Positions 1 through 9,903 of a DNA stretch of 61,871 nt are shown here, in pieces; position 1 is the stretch's first letter, and every line of letters begins with the position of its first letter. A program made the translations under genes and the position numbers. Below the pieces are notes generated by a model. It searched no databases. It saw nothing but the letters and a program-made list of their open reading frames with translations, and was not told the DNA's origin. Where the stretch lies: positions 1 to 61,871 of the IMG/VR virus record IMGVR_UViG_3300025131_009312, one strand, 5' to 3'. This DNA is from a virus. Taxonomy: Duplodnaviria > Caudoviricetes.

Positions 1-1
1 A

Positions 2-304
2 ATAGAGATAGAAGCATTGACTTACATTCGTGGTCGCTCAATCTCAAATGCCTTTATCATAATAGATGAGGCACAAAACTTGACAACTCACGAATTAAAG
101 ACTATAATAACAAGAGTGGGTGAAGGAACGAAAATTGTGTTGACTGGAGACGTAGAACAGATTGATAATGTTTATATCGATGCAACGTCGAATGGTTTGA
201 CACATGCTGTAGAAAAGTTCAAGAAGTTTGAACTTGCTTCGCACGTTACCCTGATGAAGGGCGAACGTTCTAAGGTCGCCACCTTCGCCGCACAGAATTT
301 GTGA
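2..304 (+). CDS. phoH: PhoH-family ATPase, C-terminal part (5' truncated by window)
   Basis: Frame open from base 2: IEIEALTYIRGRSISNAFIIIDEAQNLT...TRVGEGTKIVLTGDVEQID, the RGRS/DEAQN/TR.G/GD..Q.D PhoH motifs. Confidence 0.93.
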   Translation: MEIEALTYIRGRSISNAFIIIDEAQNLTTHELKTIITRVGEGTKIVLTGDVEQIDNVYIDATSNGLTHAVEKFKKFELASHVTLMKGERSKVATFAAQNL

Positions 305-311
305 GATTAAA

Positions 312-557
312 ATGGAACCCCAAAACGAACAACTTAATACCCCCGTCGAAACAGAGACCGGCCTTCAACAGCTGGTTGTAAATTATATAGGCGAACGCCT
401 CATGGCAGAAGAGATAGTTACACTAGACATGGCTATCCAGGTGTTTGCTGCTGAATTCCCCGAGTTTCTCTTAGCGATCGCTGAGGAAAACTTCTTAAGA
501 GGATATCAGCAAGCCTTAGATGATATTGAGAGTACGATCCCAGAATCCCAGCAGTAA
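312..557 (+). CDS. Hypothetical phage protein (81 aa, acidic)
   Basis: Fills the gap between phoH and the next gene; TAATG stop/start coupling at 555-559. Confidence 0.75.
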   Translation: MEPQNEQLNTPVETETGLQQLVVNYIGERLMAEEIVTLDMAIQVFAAEFPEFLLAIAEENFLRGYQQALDDIESTIPESQQ

Positions 558-1180
558 TGGAATATTATATCTATAATATACCTGTGTTCGTGGTTAATGA
601 ACCGTCCCCCGAAGAAGTGGACCTTCCTGCCTTTTGTGAGGAGGTCGAAAGCACTATCCCATTGCGCCTGTTATCTAATGTCGAAGTGGTGTACATCGGA
701 CAGTTTAAGGAATTAGCTGGTAGAAATGCCACGTATATAAATGGAGCCATCTATATGACGTCCGTCGAGCCTACTAACTTTGATATGCTGGAGAATTTTG
801 TTCATGAAGTAGCCCACTCTCTGGAAACGGAGTACGGGATGTTCATATATGAGGACAACCTTATTTCAGAGTTTAAAGGAAAGCGGCAACGCTTATATCA
901 CCTACTAACAGCCGAAGGATTTCATATTAATCCTCTTCTGTATTCATTTACCGAGTATAATGAGAAGTTTGATAACTTTTTAGCCAACGAGGTGGGATAT
1001 CCCACTCTCTTGACTCTAACTATGGGGCTTTTTGCATCACCATATGGTGCAACGTCCATACAAGAGTATTTTGCAAACGGATTTGAGAAGTACTTTCTCG
1101 ATAATCCACGAAGGGTGAGAGACATTTCGCCAGTTCTGTATAGAAAGATTGAAGAAATAATTAATGACGACGAAGCGTGA
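557..1180 (+). CDS. Putative zinc metallopeptidase (zincin-like)
   Basis: FVHEVAHSLE (HExxH) plus downstream SPYGATSIQEYFANGF carrying a candidate third ligand Glu. Confidence 0.6.
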   Translation: MEYYIYNIPVFVVNEPSPEEVDLPAFCEEVESTIPLRLLSNVEVVYIGQFKELAGRNATYINGAIYMTSVEPTNFDMLENFVHEVAHSLETEYGMFIYEDNLISEFKGKRQRLYHLLTAEGFHINPLLYSFTEYNEKFDNFLANEVGYPTLLTLTMGLFASPYGATSIQEYFANGFEKYFLDNPRRVRDISPVLYRKIEEIINDDEA

Positions 1181-1946
1181 ACATATATCATATTCTGAAT
1201 TAAAAGACTGGGCACAATGCCCCCACTATCATAAGAAAGCCTGGGTTGAAAAAGTTGCCCCCTTTGAGGGAAACGAATACACGGCTTTTGGAAGCGCCAT
1301 CCATGATGTTTGTGAGAAAAAACTCCTCAAAGAACAAATTGATGAAGCAGAAGTCTTCCAGCTAGGTTTTGAAAAACGTCTGCAAAAGTTGCTAGAGAAG
1401 AATATTGAAGTTAATCCCAAAAATATTGAACAAATGCGCATCGCCGGTCCTGAGATCCTTGCAGAAGTTGAGGCAGGTTTGAAAGAATATTTTGGCGAGT
1501 ATGAAGTTTTTTCTTCGGAGGAAATGTTATATGTCCCAATTGAGGACTTTAATATTTACTTTAAGGGCTTCGTAGATGCTGTGGTCAAGGTTGGCGATAC
1601 CTATCATCTGTTTGACTGGAAAACTTGTTCCTGGGGTTGGGACTCACGAAAAAAGGCTGAGAAATTAGTTACTTATCAACTAACACTCTATAAGCATTTT
1701 TTCTGTCAAAAACACAAGATAGACCCTGAAAACGTCGAAACGCACTTTGCGCTGCTCAAAAGAACAGCTAAAAAAGATCGTGTAGAGATATTTAGAGTAA
1801 CGAGCGGCCCTAAAAAAACTGAGAACGCCCTTAAACTTCTTTACCAAGCGATTTATAATATTACAAAGCGCTTTACCATCAAGAACAGGCTAAACTGTCA
1901 CAAGCCGTACCCATGTAAATTGCTCAACACACCGCATTGCCGATAG
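1164..1946 (+). CDS. PD-(D/E)XK nuclease, RecB/Cas4/AddB-like, probable Fe-S staple
   Basis: SYSEL..WAQCP, FGSAIHD, E (SEEM), KGFVD, FDWKT, QLTLY; C-terminal NCHKPYPC...HC cysteines. Confidence 0.85.
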   Translation: MTTKREHISYSELKDWAQCPHYHKKAWVEKVAPFEGNEYTAFGSAIHDVCEKKLLKEQIDEAEVFQLGFEKRLQKLLEKNIEVNPKNIEQMRIAGPEILAEVEAGLKEYFGEYEVFSSEEMLYVPIEDFNIYFKGFVDAVVKVGDTYHLFDWKTCSWGWDSRKKAEKLVTYQLTLYKHFFCQKHKIDPENVETHFALLKRTAKKDRVEIFRVTSGPKKTENALKLLYQAIYNITKRFTIKNRLNCHKPYPCKLLNTPHCR

Positions 1947-1954
1947 GATTTTTC

Positions 1955-3205
1955 ATGTCAGACAAAATTAAGATTTTTACGATTAGCGACCATCCCCTTT
2001 CCCCTTCAGGAGTGGGAACCCAAACAAAATATATGATTGAAGGGTTGCTAAAGACTGGGAAGTACCAGTTTATTTCCTTTGGGGGAGCCATCAAGCACCC
2101 CAATCACCAGCCTCAGAGCACCGAACAGTGGGGAGAGGACTGGATCATCTGGCCCGTTGACGGGTATGGAACACCGGACATGGTCCGAGCTATGATAAAT
2201 CAGCAAAAACCGGATATTCTTTGGTTTATGACAGATCCGAGATTCTTCCCGTGGCTTTGGGATATAGAGAATGAGATCCGAGTAAATGTCCCGATGGTTT
2301 ATTATCATGTATGGGACAACTACCCATACCCCAATTTCAACCGCGGCTCATACCTTAGCAACGACCACATTGCCTGTATCTCAAAACTTACTCATGACAT
2401 TGTGCAGACAGTGTCGCCAGAGGTGGGTGCTACATATCTTCCCCATGCGGTCGATCCTGGTCATTTTAAAAAGGTTGATGATGAAATTATCACGAAGTTT
2501 CGAGAGACAAGGGGTCTTGACGATAAGTTTGTATGCTTTTGGAACAGTCGGAACGCTCGACGTAAACAATCGGGAACACTAATTTTTTGGTTCAAGGAGT
2601 TCCTAGATCAGGTGGGCCACGATAATGCTAGATTAATCATGCACACGGATGTTAAAGATGTCCATGGTCAGGATCTGGAAGCTATTATTCATGAATTGGG
2701 ACTCACCAACGGAGAGGTACAGTTCTCACGTGATAAGGCCAGCGCTGACGATTTGGCGATGGTATATAATGTTGCCGATGTCACCATTGGGATCTCCGAT
2801 GCCGAAGGCTTCGGCCTCTCAACATTAGAATCTCTTTATTGTGGTACCCCAATAATTGTCACCATGACCGGCGGTTTGCAATTCCAGGTAACCGATGGAG
2901 AAGATTGGTTTGGGGTGGGTATTGAACCGGCCTCAAAGGCTGTAATTGGATCCCAGGATGTGCCCTATATCTATGAAGATAGGATCAGTAAGGAAGACTT
3001 CTTAGCAGCAATGACAAAACTGTATGAGATGACCCCGGACGATCGTGCTGAACTGGGACAAAAGGGGATGGAATATGCCCATAAAGAATTTAATTTTGAA
3101 AAGTATTCACAAAACTGGGATGACCTCTTCACGCAGATTAATGAAGAGTGTGGATCCTGGGATAGTCGTGAAAATTACAAGCCATATGGCGTGAGGGTTT
3201 TTTAA
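1955..3205 (+). CDS. Glycosyltransferase family 4 (GT-B)
   Basis: SDHPLSPSGVG N-terminus, RNARRKQ, EGFGLSTLE motif; ATG 1955 follows AGGA (ORF track starts at 1937). Confidence 0.88.
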   Translation: MSDKIKIFTISDHPLSPSGVGTQTKYMIEGLLKTGKYQFISFGGAIKHPNHQPQSTEQWGEDWIIWPVDGYGTPDMVRAMINQQKPDILWFMTDPRFFPWLWDIENEIRVNVPMVYYHVWDNYPYPNFNRGSYLSNDHIACISKLTHDIVQTVSPEVGATYLPHAVDPGHFKKVDDEIITKFRETRGLDDKFVCFWNSRNARRKQSGTLIFWFKEFLDQVGHDNARLIMHTDVKDVHGQDLEAIIHELGLTNGEVQFSRDKASADDLAMVYNVADVTIGISDAEGFGLSTLESLYCGTPIIVTMTGGLQFQVTDGEDWFGVGIEPASKAVIGSQDVPYIYEDRISKEDFLAAMTKLYEMTPDDRAELGQKGMEYAHKEFNFEKYSQNWDDLFTQINEECGSWDSRENYKPYGVRVF

Positions 3206-3208
3206 AGA

Positions 3209-5209
3209 ATGAAAAAAAGTATAGTAGTAAAAGGTCCAGCCCTTTCGAGGTCTGGCTATGGAGAGCAAACCCGGTTTGCGTTACGAGCTTTAAAGGCTTA
3301 CGAAGAATATTTTGACATCTATTTGGTGAACACAACCTGGGGCCGTACGGGACAAACTGCCGCCACCACGCCTGAAGTTGAATGGATCCACTCCGTGCTT
3401 CAAAAAACGGCACAGGCTGCACAAAATGGAACCCTTACCGAGCCCCAGCTATCATTGCAGGTTACTATTCCACCCGAATTCGAAAAGATCGCGTCCGTTA
3501 ACATTGGATATACTGCGGGCATAGAGACCACCAAGGTCTCACCCGGGTGGATTATCAAAACTAACGAAAATATGGATAAGGTGATCACTACATCTCAACA
3601 CGCAAAGAACGTATTTGAGCAAACCCGCGTGACTGTGACAGATCAAAACGGGACTGAACATCCAAATTACGGACTGCAGAGGCCCGTTGAAACAGTTAAT
3701 TATGCTATTAAAGAGCACGTGCCGGACCCCGCTGGTCTGGATATCGCGTTCGAGACTAATAAAAACTTTTTGTGTGTTGCACAGTGGGGCCCCCGAAAAA
3801 ATCTAGAGAATACCATCTCTTGGTTTATCGACGAGTTTAAGGACGATGCTGATGTGGGCTTGGTTCTTAAAACCAACACGATGAGCGACAGCTTAAAGGA
3901 TCGTGAACAGACGGTACGTCGCCTGGAAGGTCTCTTAAAAAGCCTCCCGGATGACAGGAAATGTAAGATATATCTTGTGCATGGAGAGGTGTCCCCTAAC
4001 CAACTAGCGTGGCTTTATGAGCATCCTACTATGAAAGCAATGATTAATATTGCTCATGGCGAAGGCTATGGTCTTCCGCTCTTCGAAGCAGCTACCCACG
4101 GGTTGCCCCTTGTGACGGTAACTTGGAGTGGCCAGCTCGACTTTATCTGTAAGCAGAATAAGAAAGGCAAGCGCGTCCCACGCGTGTGCCGAGTAGATTA
4201 TGAACTCAATAAGGTGCAGGACTTTGCGGTCTGGCCAGGGGTTATAGAAGCAGACTCCATGTGGTGCTATGCTAAAGAAGGATCCTATAAGCGCGCAATA
4301 CGAAGCATTCTAGATAAAGAAGTACATTATCGGCAGGAGGCTGAAGCCCTGCAATCACACATTCGCGAAACCTTCAACGAGGAAAAAATCTATAAGCAGT
4401 TTGCAGAGACTGTTTATGGGTCCGAATTGACGGTTGTGGAAGCCAAAGATTTACCTAAAGTCTCCCTGGTTACATCAGTTTATCGAGCCGACGATTATAT
4501 CGAGCAGCTTATGGAAGATATGACGCGGCAGACTATCTTTGAAGACAAGTGTGAGTGGATTATTCTAAATGCCAATGAAGAGGGTCACGACGTCGAAGAG
4601 GAAGTTATCCTCAAATATGTTGAGAAGTATCCTGATAACATTATTTATAAGCGCCTTGAAGAGGACCCTGGAATCTACGATACTTGGAATATGGGCATTA
4701 AGATGGCCACAGGCGAGTATGTTACCAATGTTAACTGCGACGACCGCCGGGCGCCGGATGGTCTAGAGAAACAAGCAAAACTCTTGTATGGTAATCCAGA
4801 CGTAGATTTGGCATACAATGATTCTTATATCACACACGAGCCCAATATAATGTGGGAAGACATTAACGCTTCGACGGCACAGAAATATAATTTTGAGCAG
4901 TTCTCCAAAGAGGCTATGTTGCGTGGAAATCTGCCCCATAATAACCCCATGTGGAAGAAAGACTTGCACGATAAGTTCGGCTACTTCAATCAGGACTACA
5001 AGTCCGCCGGCGATTGGGATTTTTGGTTGCGCTGCGCCTTCGGCGGTGCCACTTACATGAAGCACCCCGATGTGTTAGGGGTATATTATTTTAATCCCAC
5101 GGGCATGTCCACTAATCCCGAACACGATTCGTGGAAGAAAGAGCACGAAAGAGAAATTTTTCAGAACTATCTGCAAATGTATCAGCAGCAGCAAGCATCC
5201 CAGGGGTGA
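3209..5209 (+). CDS. Bifunctional glycosyltransferase: GT4 domain fused to C-terminal GT2 domain
   Basis: SRSGYG, RKN and EGYGLPLFEA (GT4); then PKVSLVTSVY...GIYDTWNMGI...NVNCDD...SAGDWDFWLR (GT2). Confidence 0.88.
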   Translation: MKKSIVVKGPALSRSGYGEQTRFALRALKAYEEYFDIYLVNTTWGRTGQTAATTPEVEWIHSVLQKTAQAAQNGTLTEPQLSLQVTIPPEFEKIASVNIGYTAGIETTKVSPGWIIKTNENMDKVITTSQHAKNVFEQTRVTVTDQNGTEHPNYGLQRPVETVNYAIKEHVPDPAGLDIAFETNKNFLCVAQWGPRKNLENTISWFIDEFKDDADVGLVLKTNTMSDSLKDREQTVRRLEGLLKSLPDDRKCKIYLVHGEVSPNQLAWLYEHPTMKAMINIAHGEGYGLPLFEAATHGLPLVTVTWSGQLDFICKQNKKGKRVPRVCRVDYELNKVQDFAVWPGVIEADSMWCYAKEGSYKRAIRSILDKEVHYRQEAEALQSHIRETFNEEKIYKQFAETVYGSELTVVEAKDLPKVSLVTSVYRADDYIEQLMEDMTRQTIFEDKCEWIILNANEEGHDVEEEVILKYVEKYPDNIIYKRLEEDPGIYDTWNMGIKMATGEYVTNVNCDDRRAPDGLEKQAKLLYGNPDVDLAYNDSYITHEPNIMWEDINASTAQKYNFEQFSKEAMLRGNLPHNNPMWKKDLHDKFGYFNQDYKSAGDWDFWLRCAFGGATYMKHPDVLGVYYFNPTGMSTNPEHDSWKKEHEREIFQNYLQMYQQQQASQG

Positions 5210-5212
5210 CAT

Positions 5213-6007
5213 ATGGACTTGTGCACGGTCGTAAGCCAGAGGTTTATACCGCAGGCTATCAACCTTATCCAGAGCTATAAGTTCAACTCCTTTGATAAAA
5301 AGGTCTATCTCTATTATTTTAATACCGAGCCAGACGCCTTAAAGATATTTGAAGAACTGTTTCCCCAACAGGTTGTTCCTATCGAGGTAAAGCCGGTTTG
5401 TGCGCATGCTCTAGAACCTAGAGTTTTCTTTTATAAGGTGTTCGCGATCAATGATTGCCTGAACAATCACTCTCAGGAAATGATATACTCAGACTCCGCA
5501 AATTGTTTTATACAGCCGACCTCGACCTTGGAAGATGATCTGGTCGACGAGGCACTATTTTTGGGGTATAATCATCCTAAATTAACCAACCAGTTTTGGA
5601 CCACTCGCGAGTGTTTCGCGGCGATGGCCGCTAGCGGGTCCGAAATAATGACCCAATATTGGGCAGGATTTCAAGTCTATAGAAAAACCGCAGACAACTT
5701 ACGCATGGTGACTGAAATGTATGATTTAATGTTAGACCCCCTTGTTGCCCTTCCGGATACTACAGTAAAGTATCCTAATGGCCCCCTGAAACCATGTATT
5801 GAACACAGGCAGGACCAGTCAGTATTCTCTATTCTCATTCACAAGCACAACAGACACCAGATGTACAACCCAGAGAAGACTCTAAAATACGGCGACTGGC
5901 AAACTATTGTAGAATTTGATAGATCTTATCGCGTCGATCTTAGCAAAAGAATCTTAGCTCCTCGTGAATCTAAGTTCGGCCAATTTAGGTTTTTAAAAAC
6001 ACAATGA
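5213..6007 (+). CDS. Putative GT-A-like glycosyltransferase
   Basis: FFYKVFAI...IYSDSAN (DxD-like) and EHRQDQSVFSIL motif typical of GT-A-fold glycan-locus proteins; context. Confidence 0.55.
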   Translation: MDLCTVVSQRFIPQAINLIQSYKFNSFDKKVYLYYFNTEPDALKIFEELFPQQVVPIEVKPVCAHALEPRVFFYKVFAINDCLNNHSQEMIYSDSANCFIQPTSTLEDDLVDEALFLGYNHPKLTNQFWTTRECFAAMAASGSEIMTQYWAGFQVYRKTADNLRMVTEMYDLMLDPLVALPDTTVKYPNGPLKPCIEHRQDQSVFSILIHKHNRHQMYNPEKTLKYGDWQTIVEFDRSYRVDLSKRILAPRESKFGQFRFLKTQ

Positions 6008-6753
6008 AGGTTTTGCTCTCGTGTGATGAAAATCCCTTTTACTATGATTTTTGGCCATATACCAAAGAGGTATGGACTAAACGAATTAATATTGATCCTC
6101 GACTAGTCGTCATTAGTAAAACTAAAAACTCTGATTCATTTGATTCTGAAGGGGTAATGTACGTCCGCGAATTGCCAGAATATCCGGTTCATCTGCAGGC
6201 TCAACTAGCAAGGATATATCATACGAAATATTTTCCAGATGAGATTTGTTTGGTATCAGATATAGATATGTTTCCAGCATCGCCTGAATTTTTTAATCCT
6301 GCAGAAATTGATTTGCATTGCGATAAAGACACTTTCTATCATTTAAACCCGGAACGTCGCGAGTTCGGGCAACTACCTTTATGTTATTATTGTGGGTACG
6401 GCTCTCTGTACATGAAATTATTCCATGATCTATCCTGGCCAGAGTTTGTTCGTAAGGTGGTGGAAATGGACTTTAATACCGACAAGTTCCGTTTTACACT
6501 CCCGGCCCACCTGGAAAATAAAAAATTGTGGTTTAGTGATGAGGTCTTTATGTTCTCGCAAATTAGTGAGAAAAACATAAAAATAAAGCTTAATAGCGAA
6601 CTGATTGGAAGCAGAAGGCTAGATCGAGAGGGTATTGTTAATTTCAATTTTTTGAAACTATTAGATGGATCCATTGTTGATATTCATCTGCCACGGCCAC
6701 CCCAAAAATATTTGACCGAGATAGAAAAATTATATTACACCCTAACACTATGA
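6004..6753 (+). CDS. Putative glycosyltransferase-like protein
   Basis: AQLARIY...CLVSDIDMFP (DxD), WFSDE, DIHLPRP; context. Confidence 0.5.
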   Translation: MKVLLSCDENPFYYDFWPYTKEVWTKRINIDPRLVVISKTKNSDSFDSEGVMYVRELPEYPVHLQAQLARIYHTKYFPDEICLVSDIDMFPASPEFFNPAEIDLHCDKDTFYHLNPERREFGQLPLCYYCGYGSLYMKLFHDLSWPEFVRKVVEMDFNTDKFRFTLPAHLENKKLWFSDEVFMFSQISEKNIKIKLNSELIGSRRLDREGIVNFNFLKLLDGSIVDIHLPRPPQKYLTEIEKLYYTLTL

Positions 6754-7562
6754 TGGAAAAATTCTTAGAACACCAAATTGGCATCGATGAATATATCACA
6801 GGCAACCGCTTTATTGATATATGTGAAGAGTCCGGCGCTACCTTTTGTAAAACCGATTTCATGATTCATTTTACTAAGAAGCCCATCAACCTGTTTGTCA
6901 CACACAACAGTGATTTTCACATCACCCCACAAATAGTGCGGAACTACGCGCCCCAAACGACTTGTTGGTTAGCCCAAAACAAAGACATAGATTCCCCGGG
7001 GATACATCCGATCCCGATCGGCTTAGAAAATATGATCCGGAGAACCACACCGGCAGCATGGGGAGGACAGTTCTCTTCCGAGGTTCCCGGTGCGCTCCAG
7101 AAGGCTGAATTGATTAATAGAATCAACTCTTTAGGTCTTGCTAAACCTGGCGACGCATATATGAACTTCAATATTAATACTTATCCCATAGAGCGACAGG
7201 AAGTCTGGGATAGATTCTCTACACAATCCTGGGTAACTGCCACGCAGAAGCTTACCCTGGAACAATTCTATTTTGATTTGGCCTCCCACAAGTTTGTAAT
7301 CTCGCCCCGGGGCAATGGCGTGGACTGTCATCGTACCTGGGAGGCTCTATACTTACGTACCATCCCGATTGTCAAAAGCAGCACACACATGAATGGGTTC
7401 TCGGATCTCCCTATCTATTACGTTAATAATTGGGAGGAACTGGAGTATAATAAATTACTGGATTTTTATGAAAAAGTCAAAACCGAATTATTTGATTTGA
7501 GTAAAATGAAAATTAGCGTCTGGAAGGAGATTATTTGTGAGCACCCCGAATTGCGTGGATAA
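6750..7562 (+). CDS. Exostosin-like (GT47) glycosyltransferase
   Basis: KFVISPRGNGVDCHRTWEALYLRTIPIV signature. Confidence 0.75.
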   Translation: MMEKFLEHQIGIDEYITGNRFIDICEESGATFCKTDFMIHFTKKPINLFVTHNSDFHITPQIVRNYAPQTTCWLAQNKDIDSPGIHPIPIGLENMIRRTTPAAWGGQFSSEVPGALQKAELINRINSLGLAKPGDAYMNFNINTYPIERQEVWDRFSTQSWVTATQKLTLEQFYFDLASHKFVISPRGNGVDCHRTWEALYLRTIPIVKSSTHMNGFSDLPIYYVNNWEELEYNKLLDFYEKVKTELFDLSKMKISVWKEIICEHPELRG

Positions 7563-8232
7563 GATCTTTATTATTCATTATACTAAATTAGCTGCCCGTC
7601 GCGAACACATGGAACGCGAAACACAAAAGTGGTTTCCGGACACTCCCACAGAATTTGTGGAAGTCTACGATCAAGAAGACCTTGATCCCCTTCATATAAT
7701 TGATAATTTTGATATGCAAACTTTTCGCATGCGTTTTGGCCGAGAAATGAAATCCGGTGAAATCTCTCTGTCACTCAAATTTAAAGAGGTGTTCAGAAAA
7801 ATTGCTGAAGAAGAAGCGGGAGAGCATTTTTTGGTTCTAGAAGATGACGTGATATTCAAAGAAGATCCCGTTGTTTATATTACCAACTTACTCGATCGTT
7901 GTGAGCAGCAAAATATAGATTTTGACTGTATTTTTATGGGCGAAGCGGCAATAAGGGTTGGAGACAACCGTGATATTTTCATGAAAAAGGATCACCCGGC
8001 CACCAACGGCCTTTGCACGGTCCTATATAAGAAAGAAGCAGTCAGGCGTCTACATAAACATTTACAGGCAACGCGAAATACACAACCCATGGACTGGGAA
8101 CTTAACGATCGCTTTAAGGCCCTGGACTTCACGGTTTACTGGGCTAAAGCCATTACTGCGCACGGCAGTGTTTTAGCAGTTCATGATAAAAGCCTAGCCG
8201 GCCTTAGATCCACCCTAAGGAATAACTATTAA
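7537..8232 (+). CDS. Glycosyltransferase family 25
   Basis: KIFIIHY...RREHM, GEISLSLK, FLVLEDDVIF, PMDWEL; GTG start after GGAG. Confidence 0.75.
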   Translation: MSTPNCVDKIFIIHYTKLAARREHMERETQKWFPDTPTEFVEVYDQEDLDPLHIIDNFDMQTFRMRFGREMKSGEISLSLKFKEVFRKIAEEEAGEHFLVLEDDVIFKEDPVVYITNLLDRCEQQNIDFDCIFMGEAAIRVGDNRDIFMKKDHPATNGLCTVLYKKEAVRRLHKHLQATRNTQPMDWELNDRFKALDFTVYWAKAITAHGSVLAVHDKSLAGLRSTLRNNY

Positions 8233-8233
8233 A

Positions 8234-9112
8234 ATGGAAAAAACAAAAATTTGGGTGGTTGCCAATTGGCACGAGATTTATGACCCCAGTGTCGGAATGA
8301 GGTGTTTTAGAAACTGGCCTAACAGCAACAGGTTTGAATTATCGAAGGATGATTATGAATATCTGATTGTGCTCGGGGGTTTCCGGGGCAACGATATGTC
8401 CTATTTTAAAGATAAGGAAAAAACTATTGGATTCCTATTAGAACCCGAATGGTCAACTAACTGGCAGCGCGATTTAGATAAATATTGCAAGTACATCGTG
8501 GCACAAGACGCTAGCATGTTTAGTGGAGAAAATATCATAGAGCATCCTTTGTTTATGCTTACCCAATCAACTGATTGGCATCATTTCTATATGTCTAGTA
8601 ACTTTCCTAAATTTAATCGTATGAGCATTATATCTTCCAATTACGGACATAAGCTTAATTATGTGAAGCGCCATGCGCTGTTTAAGGGTCTCCTAAACAC
8701 CGACCTAGACATACATTTTTACGGTCGCGACTGGGACTTAACTGACCCCCGATATAAGGGGAGCCCGTACAACAAGTCAGACGCTATTGTTGGCTATGAA
8801 TATTCTATAGCTATTGAAAATTCCAGTTATCCCAATTATCTTACAGAGAAATTCTTTGATCTTACTGTCTGCAATACGGTGCCTCTCTATTATGGGTGTC
8901 CCAATGTAGCAGACATATACCCAGCACAGTCATTTATAGAATTAGACTTCTCCGGACCTATTGAAAAGACGGTTGAACAGGTAAAAGAAGTCTATGAGAA
9001 GGATGATTATGCAGCCCGTCTGCCCTCTGTGCTGGAAGCGAAAGAGCTTTATTACACCAAGTACAATATTTTTAACTTTTTACAACAGCTGCTAGACGAG
9101 AAAAAAATATAA
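8234..9112 (+). CDS. Glycosyltransferase family 10 (alpha-1,3/4-fucosyltransferase-like)
   Basis: YEYSIAIENSSYPNYLTEKFFD...VPLYYG GT10 motif. Confidence 0.82.
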   Translation: MEKTKIWVVANWHEIYDPSVGMRCFRNWPNSNRFELSKDDYEYLIVLGGFRGNDMSYFKDKEKTIGFLLEPEWSTNWQRDLDKYCKYIVAQDASMFSGENIIEHPLFMLTQSTDWHHFYMSSNFPKFNRMSIISSNYGHKLNYVKRHALFKGLLNTDLDIHFYGRDWDLTDPRYKGSPYNKSDAIVGYEYSIAIENSSYPNYLTEKFFDLTVCNTVPLYYGCPNVADIYPAQSFIELDFSGPIEKTVEQVKEVYEKDDYAARLPSVLEAKELYYTKYNIFNFLQQLLDEKKI

Positions 9113-9891
9113 TGAAAGTTTGTTTGATGGAACAGAGTTGTGGGTTAGGGGATATTCTTCTCTCTATAAAAATTGGTGCTCATTTCGCGTCGCAAGGGTA
9201 TAAAATCGTCTGGCCAGTAGAGCCCATCTATTCTAACCTAGCAAGCAACATATACACTGTCGCAGACATCGAGTTCCCGTGTGTAGAGGCAGATTACGAA
9301 TTAAAAGAAGTCTATCAAAAGTTAGCGGCGAGCGACATTTCAAACGTAACTCAAGTCGATGACATTTTATATGTGCCGTTGCGCCGGGGGTGGCACTCTA
9401 ATTATGGCCTTGAGATGAGAAAATCGGTTGGTTCCGACGAGGTGAATATGTTGGCTAAGTTTGGCATGTGCAACGTCGACTATAATAACTGGCAAAATTA
9501 TTTCTTTATTAACAGAAATCTTAAGAAAGAAAACGAGCTATTAAAAATTTTGGATATTGAACCTACCGACAGGATTCACTTAGTTAATAGAGAGTTTGGA
9601 ACTCCTCCTCGATGGCGCGAACTTTTGCAAAGACCCATTCCGACCCCTCCGGGCTTGAAGCGAATCGAAATGCGCGTGGTGGAGGGGTATGATCTCTTCG
9701 ACTGGATATCTATTTTCGAACGCGCCGCCCAAATTGACACTGTAACGACGTCCAATTTTTACATCTTTGAAAAAATAAACCTCCAATGTATCCCTACCAT
9801 TTATTCTAAAAACAATATGCATCGGTCTTTCGAAGATAATTGGGGGTGGATGCAAAAGCTAGCCGTTAAACAATATAGATATGTGAGTTAG
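9112..9891 (+). CDS. Putative GT-B-like glycosyltransferase
   Basis: N-terminal GLGDILL loop as in GT9/GT11-type enzymes; context. Confidence 0.45.
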   Translation: MKVCLMEQSCGLGDILLSIKIGAHFASQGYKIVWPVEPIYSNLASNIYTVADIEFPCVEADYELKEVYQKLAASDISNVTQVDDILYVPLRRGWHSNYGLEMRKSVGSDEVNMLAKFGMCNVDYNNWQNYFFINRNLKKENELLKILDIEPTDRIHLVNREFGTPPRWRELLQRPIPTPPGLKRIEMRVVEGYDLFDWISIFERAAQIDTVTTSNFYIFEKINLQCIPTIYSKNNMHRSFEDNWGWMQKLAVKQYRYVS

Positions 9892-9903
9892 GGAGGGGAA
9901 AGT

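Noticed and set aside
1164-1946. CRISPR-Cas locus suggested by the Cas4-like gene
   Set aside because: No repeat-spacer array, cas1 or cas2 is visible, and no intergenic gap is long enough for an array.
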